DNA of 64,000 bases, taken from the NCBI RefSeq assembly GCF_009914755.1, contig NC_060935.1. One strand, 5' to 3'. Position 1 is the first letter of the stretch, and each line of letters begins with the position of its first letter. This document shows, piece by piece, positions 24,210 through 38,780 of the stretch. The DNA is from the human T2T-CHM13v2.0 reference genome, Homo sapiens. The position numbers were made by a program, and so were the translations under genes. Below the pieces are notes generated by a model. That model ran no database searches. It saw only the letters and a program-made list of their open reading frames with translations, and was not told the DNA's origin.

Positions 24210-25575
24210 CAGAAGAGGGCTAGAGAGTGAGAGATCGAAAGATGAGGAGGGAATCACCCATCAAGAGTCTGTTTATGTACATCGTGGCCCCGACCTACCG
24301 AGATCTGCATAGAGACAAGAGTGAAATAAGACTGTGTTTTGGAAACTGTGGTAAGAAGGAGGCAATGAGTCAGTGCTTACCATCCCCAGAAAAAGATATT
24401 GCTCACTGGGGAGTCTTTGGGGCAAAGTCTGTACATGTATCTGGGGGTGGAGTTGGAAAGACAGATTGGCATATGGGTATTTGGAGGAAAGCAGTGGGAG
24501 AGAGAGAGAATGTGAATGAATGAAAAGTGGGAAAACACATTGGGGAAAACACATAGTACCGAAAGCGGGTCTCTGAGGCAGAAGGAGCCATCAAAGCGGA
24601 AGCAGAACTCAGTGCCGTGTCGATAGTGAAGGGAGATTTGAAGATTGCATAGGGAACCCAGAGACATTCATTTCATTTTTTTCATGCTTCTAATTTTAAT
24701 TTCTTTTCAGCTCAACACGTGAAATAATTGTGGTTTAAAGCAATGTAGTTTCGGTAACCTTAGGGCTATACTTATGTCCAAGTTTAGGGCTTAACCAAAC
24801 ATAGCATACCTGGAAATGGTCCTTTATTTATCAGTAGCTGAAATAGAAGCTGAGTCACAGGAGCGACACAAACACATCTGGTGTCTGTCTCATGCCTTCA
24901 AATGCCACAGGGTGTTGGCGATCTTTGCTTTTACTTGCTCAAGCCTTGAAATCTCCTTGGTTGATATCCGCTCACCTTGCTCAGTGTGAATGCCCCTCAA
25001 ACTGGTCCTTCACTAGTTATTCTCCCACATATAAGTGACTTGTTTCCATGATTGACATTCAGAGTTGAGCTATAGGGCATTTCACCAACTAAAGCATCTG
25101 CTATTCCACTCATTATTCCAAACATTGGGAATTAAACGGAGCTCATCGTTGGAATTTCAACTGTGCTTATGTTAGATTTTATGTGTGCTTAAAGGGAAGT
25201 GGGAGAAAGAATCATCTTGTTGGGAAAAGAAAAACAAGTACCCTCTTCTCAGCTTGTAGTAATCAACTACAATTGCTATCCTTTCTACCCGCTTCCTCTA
25301 CCCCTAGCACAGAAGAAGAAATAGGCTAGGATGGGGAGTGCCACTATCTCAGTGGCTCAGAAGCCACTAAAAATCAGTGAGATGGATTTACATCTGCAAG
25401 TCATGGTAGGTCATTCCCTTATTTCCATGTATTATTTCTATCACATTCAATACCGTGAGAATCCTCTAATGTAAGCTGTGCCTACATTAGGGAAAATCAA
25501 GATGATCCCTTGGACACAAGAGAAAATACTAGAGCTTCTATTATATTTATTTTTTAAGCTATCCTTTTACATTTT

Positions 25576-25624
25576 CTATTTTTGTGTATATGTTGTGTAT
25601 CTATTTTGTGTATATGTTGTGTAT
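25576..25624. repeat. 24/25-bp tandem duplication
   Basis: CTATTTT(T)GTGTATATGTTGTGTAT twice. Confidence 0.85.
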
Positions 25625-26688
25625 ATGTTTATTAGTATATTGGTAAATGAATATTATCTATCTACTCATGCCTTCTCTGTCTCTCTCTCTGTCCCCCACC
25701 TCTCTATCACATCTGCCATATGTCATCTGTCTAGCCATTCTTCTATCAGCTTTTCTAAAAAAGCTAAGAAGCTTTTTTAGAAATACAAATTCATAAGAGA
25801 TTCTATTCCAGCAGGTTTAGGTGAGACTAGGAAACTGTAGTTATCAGGCTCATTTATTTCTGTTAACCTTTTATTTGATGTAACCTTACACAAAATCTTA
25901 CCATGTAAAACAGATCAAGATGGGCTACTCTTTTGCAGGAGGGCTAGAGGCAGGGTTCGGATGGTCCAGTCCTCCAGGGTTCCCCTTTCATTTGCTGTCT
26001 CCTCTGCTGTCTGTGGTCAGTGTAAACTCCTGTTTGGAAACCACTGTGGAAACTACTGAAAGATGCATCCTTGGAGAGTGGCTGGTTCAGTGATTGAAAT
26101 TGGACTAACAACACATCCCCCCTCCCCTTTCTTCAATTAAATCTTATAGAATTTCTCACTAGCTGTATTCATTCTAGCTGTTCTTCATGGCACATGCTAA
26201 ACACCTGTTCACCGTCGCAGCCCAGGCTAAGAGAAAGGATTGTAGCTGCTTGGGTCTGACACTTGGAATGGATTCCTCTTCCTAAAAGAACCTGTTTTCC
26301 CCATGCCATTTCCTGTTTTCCCTTATTGCTTCATTTTTCTTGCACAGTTTACTTCCCTGCAGTGAACAGTCAATACTCATGACCATGTGCATTGCACAGT
26401 ATAACCAGATCCCTGCAGCAAACATTTTTCTGATCTTATTTCTGATTTCAGATAGCTCCCTCTGCAGAAGGAGAGTCTGCTTAAACTAAATGCAATCCCA
26501 TATCCTAGGAGCACTTTGCCCACTGGCCAATGCAATTAGGCTCATGTTTGGCTATGATTTTATTTCTTATTTTGCTGGTTTAGAGATGGCCTGTTTCCCA
26601 AAAGCACATTACACTATCATTTGTAAAGTTATGTTGTCTTCATGAATAACCTTAAGGGGCAAAATTACCTTATAGCATTAGGGGGAAA

Positions 26689-27047
26689 TGTTGGGTATGG
26701 CAGATGGAGATATATCACTTCTCTTCAAGAAAGGTCTCACTGTGCAGCTACTAAGAGGGTAGTCAGCAGACAGTGTACCTATTAGCAATTTTTGAGCCCA
26801 TCTCATACTCTGTTCAGAATGGCCCCATGACTGAGCAGGGACATGAAGGGAGGGCTTGACTATTTCTGTCCGGTGGGAACTTGGCTCCAAAAGGTAATTA
26901 GGCAGGTTAGTCTAATAAAGACTGTATCATGATCGCATGGCTCTCCCATGCCCAATCCTATTTCCTCCCAATTCCTTTCATAATTGCTACTCCCCCCAAA
27001 GCCTTATGCACTCGTAATTCTGCCTTAGCGTCTGCTTCCCTGAGAAC
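26689..27047 (+). mobile_element. LTR16-family ERVL solo LTR
   Basis: ATGACTGAGCAGGG...TGCCCAATCCTATTTCCTCCC...CTGCCTTAGCGTCTGCTTCCCTGAGAAC. Confidence 0.6.
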
Positions 27048-27349
27048 AAGAGGCTGGGGATGAGGGAAAGGAAGTGACAACCAAATATAGGTTGCAGTAT
27101 GCTCCTAGACTCCTGAAGTATACTATTCCCAGCCTGTGGCTATGAATAGCCTCTGGGAAGTCTCAGAGTTACTGCAAGAGATCTGCAAATATACACACAT
27201 GCCCAACATTGCCTGTAGCCTGAATACATAATATGTCTAAATATATTGAATAATATGTGTGCTATTTTTCAAATATATAAATAACAATTCACTAAAATAG
27301 TTTTTCTAATACTGCATTTTTAGATCAGTGGGTGCTAATAGTACCAGAC

Positions 27350-27401
27350 ACACGTGTGCACACGCAAGCGCACACACACACACACACACACCACACATAC
27401 A
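27350..27401. repeat. Imperfect (CA)n microsatellite
   Basis: CACACGTGTGCACACGCAAGCG(CA)n... Confidence 0.9.
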
Positions 27402-27971
27402 TCCAAGAAAAGCTTTTGCTTTGAAGAGATATGTTAAAAGGGCTGTGAACCATTGTTTCACATGTGACCCTCTTGTCTTCATACATTAACGGATACTTTC
27501 CCCAAAGACAAAAAACAAACTTTGAGAAAGGCTACCTGATTCCCAAATTGAACAGCTCTAATTTGATAAATCTTGATAACTCAGAGGCGCAGAATGACCA
27601 ATTCTAGAGGATAATGAGATGTCGTGTGGCCTCTTAGTTCAATCTCAGACCTTTTAAAACATGTGCTTTTTTTACTGGCAACCTGGGATCCTGACCCTCC
27701 TGTTCAGAGAGATGACAGGTAAAAAGTATTTGGCTTGGGTTAAACATCTCTGCTTGTTTGGGGACAAATTGCTTGGTCTTTGCATACAATAGTTATTTTT
27801 AGGGAGCAGATACCATGTAATTTTGGATTGCCAGTTAAGTGGAATCTTATAGCTGAAAAGGACCAGCTACCTACAGAGGAAGACATAGACTCATTCTGGG
27901 GAGTATAATAACTCGTCCAAAGCCACACAGCTAATAAGCAGAGCACGTTTCTCCTAACAGTAGACAGGAAC

Positions 27972-28463
27972 TGTTAAACTAAATTTGGGCTTAAGAAGCC
28001 TTCTCCAAGTCTTACGTAATGAACTACAACCTAATTTAGTATGTAAACAAATTGAAAACCTAATTTAGGAATTTGCCTTTGTAACATATAGCTGAGTCTC
28101 AGCCAGTTACAGCAGCTGAACTTCAGCCAATCACAGCTGCCAAACTGTTCTCAGCCAATTACAGCAGCTGAGCTTTAGCCAATCATGGCTGCCAACTGTT
28201 CAAACTAGGTTCAAATAAGACAGACACAAGCTGTAACCAATCAGTCTGCCTCTGTACCTCACTTCCATTTTTTTGTATGTCACTGCCTTTTCTCTGGAGA
28301 GAAATACAACCTGCACATGTGGTGAGGCAGAGCATTTTTGGTCTGACATGCTGCCCAATTTTAGAATGGCAAATTAAAGCCAATTAAGATCTACACAACA
28401 AATCTAGTTATGTAGATCTTGATTGGTTAATTAAGTAATTTTTAGTAATTTTGTCTTTTATCA
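27972..28463 (+). mobile_element. ERV1 solo LTR (MER57 family)
   Basis: TGTTAAACTAAATTTGGGCTTAAG start, repeated AGCCAATCAC boxes, GCTGTAACCAATCAG..TGTACCTCACTTCC, ATTAAA signal, ends TTTTATCA. Confidence 0.8.
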
Positions 28464-28514
28464 GAATCAAACTGTGGATTGTGATTTGAAGTGATCAAAA
28501 ATTACTAGCTTTAT

Positions 28515-28865
28515 CTGTCAGAATATGCTAGATTATGTTGCTATAAAAAATGACCAAAAAATGTTGGTGGGTTAACATAAAGGAATTTTATTACTGTTTC
28601 ATCCAAAGTCCATTGTAGCCTGGAATGATTCTCTAAGATACTTGCCTCCACATGGTGGCTCAGTGATGCAGGCTGCTTTAACCTAACAACACCTTCATTT
28701 CAACAAAAAAACTTCACCATTGTCATAGCAGAGAGGGAGCATACTGGAGGGTCACTCACTGGCAATTAAATGCCTTGGTCTACATGTGACACACAGACCA
28801 CAGGCACATGACCCTTTCCAAAAAGAGAGGAGAATGGGATGAGAGGAAGCACTAAACATCTCCAC
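28515..28865 (-). mobile_element. Old MLT1 MaLR LTR relic
   Basis: GTCAGAATATGCTAGATTATGTTGCTATAA...GGCAATTAAATGCCTTGG...GTGACACAC. Confidence 0.55.
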
Positions 28866-29894
28866 CGTACCACCCTCCCAGGGAGCTAGAAAATTCCATT
28901 AGTTATTGTTAGGGTAAATTTCAAAAGTTCTCTGACAGTATTAATTTATTAAGTCATTATCACCCAATAGCATATAAATCATAAATTATTTCATCAGTTT
29001 TGATTTAGTAACTAATATTTTGAAGGACTAAACAGCTGTGGGGAAAAATGAATTTTAAAATTCCTTTTCTAATTAAAAAAAAAAAAAAAAAGCAGTCCAG
29101 GGATTTAGTGAAGCGGGACAGAATTATATGGGAGGCACTTCCGGGGTGGGGGAACAGCACTGGAGATGGATGGTGGTTGAGGCCGTGAATGTCAGAGAGA
29201 GGACTTTCCAAGGGAAGAAGGTGCTGAAAGAGGATGGAGGCTGTCATGACCATCGTCCTTGAATTTCCTCCACGTTGTCCATGTGAGCAGAGCACCTTTC
29301 AAATGTCTGTGGATATCACTTGAATGACACCAAGTTTTATCAAACCTTTGATTTTTCTGTCTGTCTGTGATGTGCCTTCCCTCCCCATCACCCTAGCAAC
29401 GCTTTGAAAATAACTCGCTAGGCTAGACGATTGGGTTTCCTGTCACATTTTAGTGTCTGCCGTGCTGTGAAGACTGCGATGGCAGAGATACACATTGCGG
29501 AAGGAAGTCAAGCTTGTTTTCAGCATCAGTTGATTTATTAGATCCTTGATATTTTCCAGGCTACTACAGATACTTCTGTTGGCCTGGCATACCCAGGTGA
29601 AGCAACCCACCAAGGCTGGGAGCTTTGTTAATGTTTCACAGCTGAGTGTTTACCCAAGTCCTTTAAGCCATCTAGGACTATGGGATGGACTTAAACACTC
29701 TTCTCTTTGAGTTCTCCCACCTTTTCACTCTGAGCTGAAAATATTAGTGAAGAGCCACTTCTGTCCTCAGCAGGTATGATGTTTACTCTCAGACTAAAAA
29801 GTGCTATAAATGTTATAAGAACAAGATCTAAGGGTCTTGTTGACATATTCTAATGGAGTTTTCTTTAAAAAATGGGCTAACAGAGGTGTCACTT

Positions 29895-30110
29895 ATTAGT
29901 CTAGTGCATGACTTTGGAGTCAGACTGCATGGATTCACATCCTGGTTCAATCACTTACTAATGATGTGGTCGTAGGCAATATACTTAATCTTTCTGAACC
30001 TCAGTTTCTTTAACTTTCAAATAAGGACAATTGCATCTACTTCAATACATTCAAAGCACATAGGAGACGTGCAATAAATATGAACTCTTATTGTTCTTGC
30101 TGTGCTTTCA
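29895..30110 (+). mobile_element. MIR
   Basis: GACTTTGGAGTCAGACTGCATGGATTC..ATCCTGG..CACTTACTAA..GGCAA..TACTTAATCTTTCTGAACCTCAGTTTC. Confidence 0.8.
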
Positions 30111-30121
30111 AGATATTTCAG

Positions 30122-30405
30122 GGCCAGGAGGCTCATGCCTTTAATCCCAGCACTTTGGGAGGCCAAGGCAGGAGGATCCCTTGAGGTCAGGAGTTCAAGA
30201 TAAGCATAGGCAACATAGCAAGACCTTTGTTCTACAAAAAAGAAAAAAATCACCGGGTCTGGTGGTGCAAGCTTGTAGTCCTACCTACTTGGGAGGCTGA
30301 GACAGGAGGAGTTTGAACCCAGGAGTTTGAGGCTGTAGTGAGCTATGATTGTGCCACTGCACTGCAGCTTGGACAAAAGAGCAAGACTATATCTCTTAAA
30401 AATAA
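30122..30405 (+). mobile_element. Alu SINE (AluJ)
   Basis: Diverged dimeric Alu with J-type GGAGTTTGAGGCTGTAGTGAGCTATGAT. Confidence 0.92.
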
Positions 30406-30657
30406 TGAGTAAATTAAAAGATTTCTGGAGAGAGGATCTGATAATTTGACATCTATGACTATCATCGTCATTGTCAGTAGTAACGCAAGATCTAACATGA
30501 TAGTACTGGCATGTACTTCATTTTCCAAATCCATAAAATAGGACTAATGTTGTTGGCCCTTCCTGCCTTACTGGATTATGATATATAAATACATAAGTGA
30601 AGTAAAAGATGCTTGAAAATATATTTATACTATTGTAGATATGAGATATTGTCCATT

Positions 30658-31050
30658 GTCTTAGACCATTCGGGCTACTATAACAAAACACCATAGATTG
30701 GGTGGCTTGTAAGCAACAGAAATTTCTTTCTCACAGTTCTGGAGGCTGTGAAGTTCAAGATCAAGGTGTGGGTAGATTTTTTTTCTGCTGAGGGTCCAGT
30801 TTGTCATAGATGACACCTTCTCACTGTGTCCTCACAGGATGGAAGGGGCAAGGCAATTCTCAAGGCCTCTTACAAGGGCACTAATTTATTCATAAGGGCT
30901 CCACCTTCGTGACCTAATTACCTCCCAAAAGGCCCCACCTCCTAACCATCACCTCCTCTCCTTTCCTTGGTAATTAGCTCCTACCTATCACCTTGGTAAT
31001 TAGCTTTCAACATATGAATGTGGGGGCACCCAAACATTCAGACTGGAGTG
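30658..31050 (-). mobile_element. MLT1A-type MaLR solo LTR
   Basis: TGTCTTAGACCATTCGGGCTACTATAACAAAACACC...CTCACAGTTCTGGAGGCTG...AAACATTCAGAC. Confidence 0.88.
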
Positions 31051-31941
31051 CTCTGCTCATCTCATACAAAGTAACAGCAGCAATGGCAGTGGTGGTGATC
31101 GAGTATCATTGTCCATCCTTTTGGCATGTATGTTGAGGCTGTCTCTGTGTGTGACTGGGATTGAGGAGGCCCTGTTTTATTAGGGGTGGGGGAAGCTGGC
31201 TCTCATTGCACTGTCTTTGACAGAACCTTGTGCTGTTGAGAGCATTGCTTTTGACATCCAATATTTCTATCATGGAGTCTGAGGCACCTCTGTCAGGGGT
31301 TGTCAGTCTCTGAGAGGTCGATACTGGGGTCTGGTTTCCAGCTCAAGAACCATGGGGTCCTAGAACCATGTGAGACTCAGGTGATGGGGAGGACCTTGCT
31401 CCCTCTTCTGTCTGTGGTGGGGGACTCCTCTGAGGCTGCTGCTGGTTAGGAAGTGGTAAGAAGCTTGCATTCATAGAAAAAGGAAGGAAAAAAAAGCACC
31501 AATGCTTTTATAAAGTTCAGCATTACACACTTCCTGTTTAAGAAGGAGGGACCATTTACCCCTAAGTTGAAAATATTTAGTGAGGAGGAGAACTCTGGTT
31601 CAGAGCTAGGCATAGATTTGCATAGGCAGTGAAATATGTTGGGACTCTCATTTTAGATAAATTCTTTTTTATTCCAAGCAAAAGAAACCAACTTTAGCTA
31701 ATTTTAAAAAAGAAAATTAAAACACACATACACATATTTGTACCATACACACATACATATTAGAAGACTACAGGATATCTCACAGAATCAAATAAAAAGC
31801 TAAAGAATCTGGCTGCATATGGGACAGGAAATTAGAAACCTACGTTGGAGACATTCATAGACTATTCATTAGCTAGTGGTTCCTCATGTCACTTTACTCA
31901 GGGATTCTCTTTTCTGGAGAAAGTCAATTGGCCTTGCTTGG

Positions 31942-34217
31942 TGATATGGTTTGGCTGTGTCCCCACCAAAATCTCAACTTGAATTGCATTTCTCAGAATT
32001 CCCATGTGTTGTAGGAGGGACCCAGGGGGAGAAAATTGAATCATGGGGGCCAGTCTTTCCATGCTATTCTCATGATAGTGAATAAGTCTCATGAGATCTG
32101 ATGGGTTTATCAGGGGTTTTCACTTTTGCTTCTTCTTCATTTTCTCTTGCTGCAGCCATATAAGAAGTGCCTTTTACCTCCCGCCATGATTCTGAGGCCT
32201 CCCCAGCCACGTGGAACTGTAAGTCCAATTAAACATCTTTTTCTTCCCAGTCTCAGGTATGTCTTTATCAGCAGCAGGAAAACGAATGAATACAGTAAAT
32301 TGGGACCAGTCGAGTGGGGAGTTGCTGAAAAGATACCCAAAAATGTGGAGACAGCTTTGGAACTGGGTAACAGGTAAAGGTTGGAACAGTTTGGAGGACT
32401 CAGAAGAAGACAGGAAAATGTGGGGAAGTTTGGAACCTCCTAGAGACTTGTTGAATGGCTTTGACAAAAGTGCTGATAGTGATATGAACAATAAAGTCCA
32501 GGCTGAGATGGTCTCAGATGAAGACGAGGAACTTGTTGGGAACTGGAGCAAAGATGACTCATTGTGTTTTAAAAAAGAGACTGGCGACACTTTGCCCTGC
32601 CCTAGAGATTTGTGGAACTTTGAACTTGAGAGGAATTATTTAGAGTATCTGATAGAAGAAAGTTTTAAGCAGCAAAGCATTCAAAAGGTGACTTGGGTGC
32701 TATTAAAAGCATTCCATTTTAAAAGGTAAACAGAGCATAAAAGTTCAGAAAATTTGCAGCCTGATGATGCAGTAGAAAAAAAAATCCTATTTTTGAGGAG
32801 AAATTCAAGTTGGCTGCAGAAATTGGCATAAGTAGCAAGGAGCCTAATGTTTATCCCTACCGCCATGGGGAAATGTCTCCAGGCCATGTCAGAGACCTTC
32901 CCGGCAGCCCTTCTCATCACAGGCCTGGAGGCCAGGAGGAAAAAGTGGTTTTGTAGCCTGGACCCAGGTTCTCTGTGCTGTGTGCAGCCTAGGGACTTGG
33001 TTCCCTTGTGACCCAGCTGCTGCAGCCATGGCTAAAAGGGGCAACATAGAGCTTGGGCTGTGGCTTCAGAGAGTGGAACCCCCAAGCCTTGACAGCTTAC
33101 CCATGGTGTTGAGCCTGTGGGTGCACAGAAGTGAAGAACTGAGGTTTGGGAACCTCTGCCTAGATTTCAGAGGATGTATGGAAATGCCTGGATGCCCAGG
33201 CAAAAGTTTGCTGCAGGGGTGGGGCCCTCATGGAGAGCCTCTGCTAGGGCAGTGAAGAAGGGAAATGTGGGGTGGCACCCCCACACAGAGCCTACTGGGG
33301 CACTGCCTCGTGGAGCTGTAGAAGAGGGACACTGTCCTCCAGACCCCAGAATGGTACATCCACTGACAGCTTGCACCGTGAGCCTGGAAAAGCCACAGAC
33401 ACTCAATGCCAGTCTGTGAAAGCAGCTGGGAGGGAAGGTGTACCCTGCAAAGCCACAGGGGAAGATCTGCCCAAGACCACGGGAACCTACCTTTTGCATC
33501 AGCGTGACCTGGATGTGAGATCTGGAGCCAAAGGAGATCATTTTGGAGCTTTAAAATCTGACTGCCCTACTGGATTTTGGACATACATGGGGCCTGTAAC
33601 CTCTTTGTTTTGGCCAATTTCTCCCACTTGGAATGGCTGTATTTACCCAATACCTGTACCCCTGTTGTACCTAGGAAGTAACTACCTTGCTTTTGATTTT
33701 ACAGGCTCATAGGTGGAAGGGACTTGCCTTGTCTCAGATGAGACTTTAGACTGTGGACTTTTGGGTTAATGCTGAAATGAGTTAAGACTTTGGGGGACTG
33801 TTGGGAAGGCATGATTGGTTTTGAAATGTGAGGACATGAGATTTGGAGGGGCCAGGGGTGGAATGATATGCTTTGGCTGTGTCCCTGCCAAAATCTCAAC
33901 TTGAATTATATCTCTCAGAATTCCCACGTGTTGTAGGAGGGACCCAGGGGGAGATAATTGAATCATGGGGGCCCATCTTTCCCATGCTATTCTCATGATA
34001 GTGAATAAGTCTCAGGAGATCTGATGGGTTTATCAGGGGTTTCCACTTTTGCTTCTTCCTCATTTTCTCTTGCTGCTGCCATGTAAGAAGTGCCTTTCAC
34101 CTTCCGCCACGATTCTCAGGCCTCCCCAGCCATGTGGAACTGTAAGTCTAATTAAGCCTCTTTTTCTTCCCAGTCTCTGGTATGCTTTTATCAGCAGCAT
34201 GAAAACGAATTAATGCA
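31942..34217 (+). mobile_element. Complete THE1A MaLR: 5' LTR 31942-32294, internal 32295-33863, 3' LTR 33864-34217
   Basis: Two ~353-bp TG...CA direct LTRs, THE1 internal region, polypurine tract GGAGGGGCCAGGGGTGGAA before the 3' LTR, perfect 5-bp TSD CTTGG (31937-31941 / 34218-34222). Confidence 0.97.
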
Positions 34218-36169
34218 CTTGGTAACATGCCAATTACTTGACCAAGGGAAGGTGAGGCACCTTGCTTTAAAAGTGAATGCCAAAGAGAATAGCAGCTCCT
34301 CAGTGAAATAATGAAGCTGTGTTAGCTGATGGGAGAAAAGGTTGCTGAGGAGACCACAGGAACAGATGTCTGCAGAAGTGTTTCTGTTTCTTGTCATCAG
34401 CCTCATTGCTGTAATGGCTCCCCAAGGCTGCCAGAGTTTACATTTATTTAAATAGAATCAACATGTTTCTGTTTCATAGCATCTTTGGTAAAATTATACT
34501 ATGTAAAATGAGGATTACAGTCTTCTCACCAAAAGTAAGATCTCTGCCTTGTCTTTCTGGCCCATCTGGAGAAAAGGAGCTTGCGCCCCGCCGAAGAGCT
34601 TTGGTTGCCTCACCTTTCTTTCTCTTTAAAAGCTCCGTTCTGGGGATCATAGGGGTTTGGGCCCCAAGGTCTCTGGTTAGCAAGCCTAGTGCTTCCTTAG
34701 ACAGTAAACTAAAAATAAGTGTCCTTAGCACCGTTTATGATGGCCATGACAGTTGGGCCATCACTTTACCACAAAGATACTTGTCATTTGGGGGTTTGGA
34801 AAAGGGAAACACTTAAGTGCTAGTTTATCAGCCAAAAGAAGCTGCAACAAAAAAACACAACACTCTTCCTACCCACAGACTTCTGGTCTGAGTATCAACT
34901 TACAGGGGAAAGTTTAGCCTGTTATAATTTAAAGGCACAGAGGTGTTTCTTTATTTACACATTTGCGGGGGGAAGGATGGATGATGTGAGCCCACAGCAG
35001 CTGCCTTCTAGAAGCTCCCAGGGAGACTTTAAAGGAGAACAAAAGTGTATTTTAAAAGGTGTTGGAACATTTACAAAATACAGAGGATCAAAGAAGGAAA
35101 GCTTGCAATGATGTATAGTATTAATATTTTGGTGTACTTCCAAACCTGGGTTTAGATAAAGAGGAAGAACTTAGGGGTCGACAGCATTGTGCCATGGATC
35201 AAGAGGTTCCCGTCTTGTTTCCAAGCTTGCCCTCCTGTATCACATTTGGAAAAGATGCCTGAACGATAGTAAATGTGCAATCAATGCAGCTACTGTGAAG
35301 ACATGTTTTAATGAGTTTCATTCATAGAATTCCTTCATTCATTTAATATTACAACATCAAGGCTTTCCCCATGTTTTAAAATTTCTTTGCCCCTATTATT
35401 TTAATAGCTTTATAATATTTCATCAAATGGCTGTTCTATAGCTAATTGAACTAGGTCCCCAGCATTGGACAGGGAATATTATAAATAATGCTGTGATGGG
35501 TATTTTTGCGCGTAAATCAGGGCATCGTTTGTCAAAGAAGGGTCCAGCCTCAAACCCTGTTGGGTGTGAGGCCATGGTGCTGTCAATTTTAACTCTGTTA
35601 AAAGGCAGTTCTTCATTAGTCAAAGTCTAATGATCTAGGTCATGGGTTATTCTAACCCAATTTGTCTTCACCCTGTTTTTTTTTTTTTCATGTCTTCAGA
35701 AGTCATTTCCTTTTTTGTCAGCAAGGAGACTGGAAATTGAAAAGATAAACTTTATTTTAGATATTTGTTGCTAAGTCAGAAAAAACTTGATGAGGATCTG
35801 CAAGAGCTGGGGCAAAACCTGTTTAGGAAAATCAATCAGACAGGTCTGAACACTGCTTTTAAAAATATAGTTTAAGTGTTCTTGTATTTTTTAAAATACA
35901 TCTTATACTACTATTGTAAAACATGCCTCCATTATGCACATAGTACTTGTCTATGTGACAATCATACCAATAACATTTATTTTTAAGGCAGGAAGGAGGA
36001 TTTAGAAGCCTAAACTGTTTCTCCTTAAAATATATCTAAGCTGCCTCTCTTAGAAGCCCTGGGGGCCCAGATATTGATGTGATTTCTCTTCCCTGCTCCA
36101 TTTATCTAATCACCTAGGCATGTATTTTTAGAATATTCACTATAACGACGGTCAAAACAAAAACAAAAG

Positions 36170-36720
36170 CTGACATTAATTGAGTACTTACTGTATGCCA
36201 GGTGCTAGTCTAAGACTTTGAAAGGGTGGATTTGATACGTTGAATCTTAATAGAGGGAGGACATCTACTTCAGGTTCAGTGGACCTTTTTGAAGAGGTGA
36301 CAGCCATGGGAAGAGGGTCAGGGGATAACTCTGGCATGGGCAAAGGGTCCAAAGTGCAGAAGAGTGTGACCCATTCTGTTGTGGCTGGGGATTAGTGACA
36401 GCATGGGAAAGTGACATCAAATCCAGCTGGAAAACTCTTAAAAACAAAGGGACAACATCCAATGCACATCTTAAGAAAAGCATACACATCTTATGAAGAT
36501 AAATTGTAGGGTGGACGAGGCGTGAAGAGGAAGGCACTGTTGATGTAGTTTGGGCAATGGATGATGAGGCTTGGACTCGGGTCTGCTGGTGGGGATGCAC
36601 AGAAATAGATGGGCTCATAATGTACTTTGGAGATAGAATTGACATAACTTGATGATAAACTGCAAAAACAGAAGACAGGGTAAGGGAGAAGGAAAGGCCA
36701 AGTCTTGAGTTTTTTATTTG
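36170..36720 (-). mobile_element. LINE-2 relic
   Basis: TTGAGTACTTACTGTATGCCAGG...GGAGATAGAATTGACATAACTTGATGA, antisense L2 3' region. Confidence 0.6.
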
Positions 36721-37676
36721 GGCCCCTAGGCTAGTGGTAGAGCCATGGTCTAAAATGAAAAAATCTGGGGGAGTAACTGATTCATGGGCAAGGAAATGGA
36801 AGGTTCTATTCTTACCTTGTCATTTGCCAAAACTGGCATTGTGACTAAAAATAAAGAACACAAAACTAGAAGCTCTAACCTTTCTATAATCAAGTTTGTG
36901 TTGTAAAAAGAGACCAAGTGTTGGGTTCAGGCAGACCTGGGACTGCCATTTCAAGTTGTGTGACTTATGTTAATTACCTACCCATTTACCACTTGATCCT
37001 TCGATTTCCTAATTTATTTAAGAGAGACTTAATACTATCTGCCCTACATGGATGATGATATAGCACAAGTACACCTCCTAGCACAATCTCTGGCACATAG
37101 GAATTCCATTTCCTAAATGTCAGTTGCATTTCTTTGAAATAACCTGCACAAGATAGAGCTGCTATATGCACTAAATTCTTCTGTGAGGGTGTCCTGGGCA
37201 ACCCTCAGCCTGGGTGATAGGATATGATATGGATGATGGGCACCTGGAAGGCAGGGGTGGCCCCAGATAGACCTGTCATTTGCCATCTGAAGTCCCAAAT
37301 GTTTCATTCTTTCAGCGGAAGGCTTTTTGCCTTTCCAAAATACCAAAGGCCTTGAGAAACAGAATAGTTTAAAGCAGGGGTCCCAAACCCCTGGGTGACC
37401 GACTGAAGCTTCGTCTGTATTTACAGCTGTTCCTCATTGCTCACATTACCATCTGAGCTCTGCCTCCTGTCAGATCAGTGGTGGCATTAGATTCTCATAG
37501 GAATGCCAACCCTATTTCAACCTGTGTGTGTGAGGGATCTAGGTTGCGTGCTCCTTATGGGAACCTAATACCTGATAATCTGTCACTGTCTCCCAACACC
37601 CCGAGATGGAACTGTCTAGTTGCAGAAAAACAAGCTCAGAGCTCCCACTGATTCTACATTATGGTGAGTTGTATAA

Positions 37677-38780
<1,104 letters not shown>

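Noticed and set aside
32259-33712. Functional THE1 internal protein
   Set aside because: The internal frame is broken into several short ORFs in different frames, typical of decayed THE1-int.
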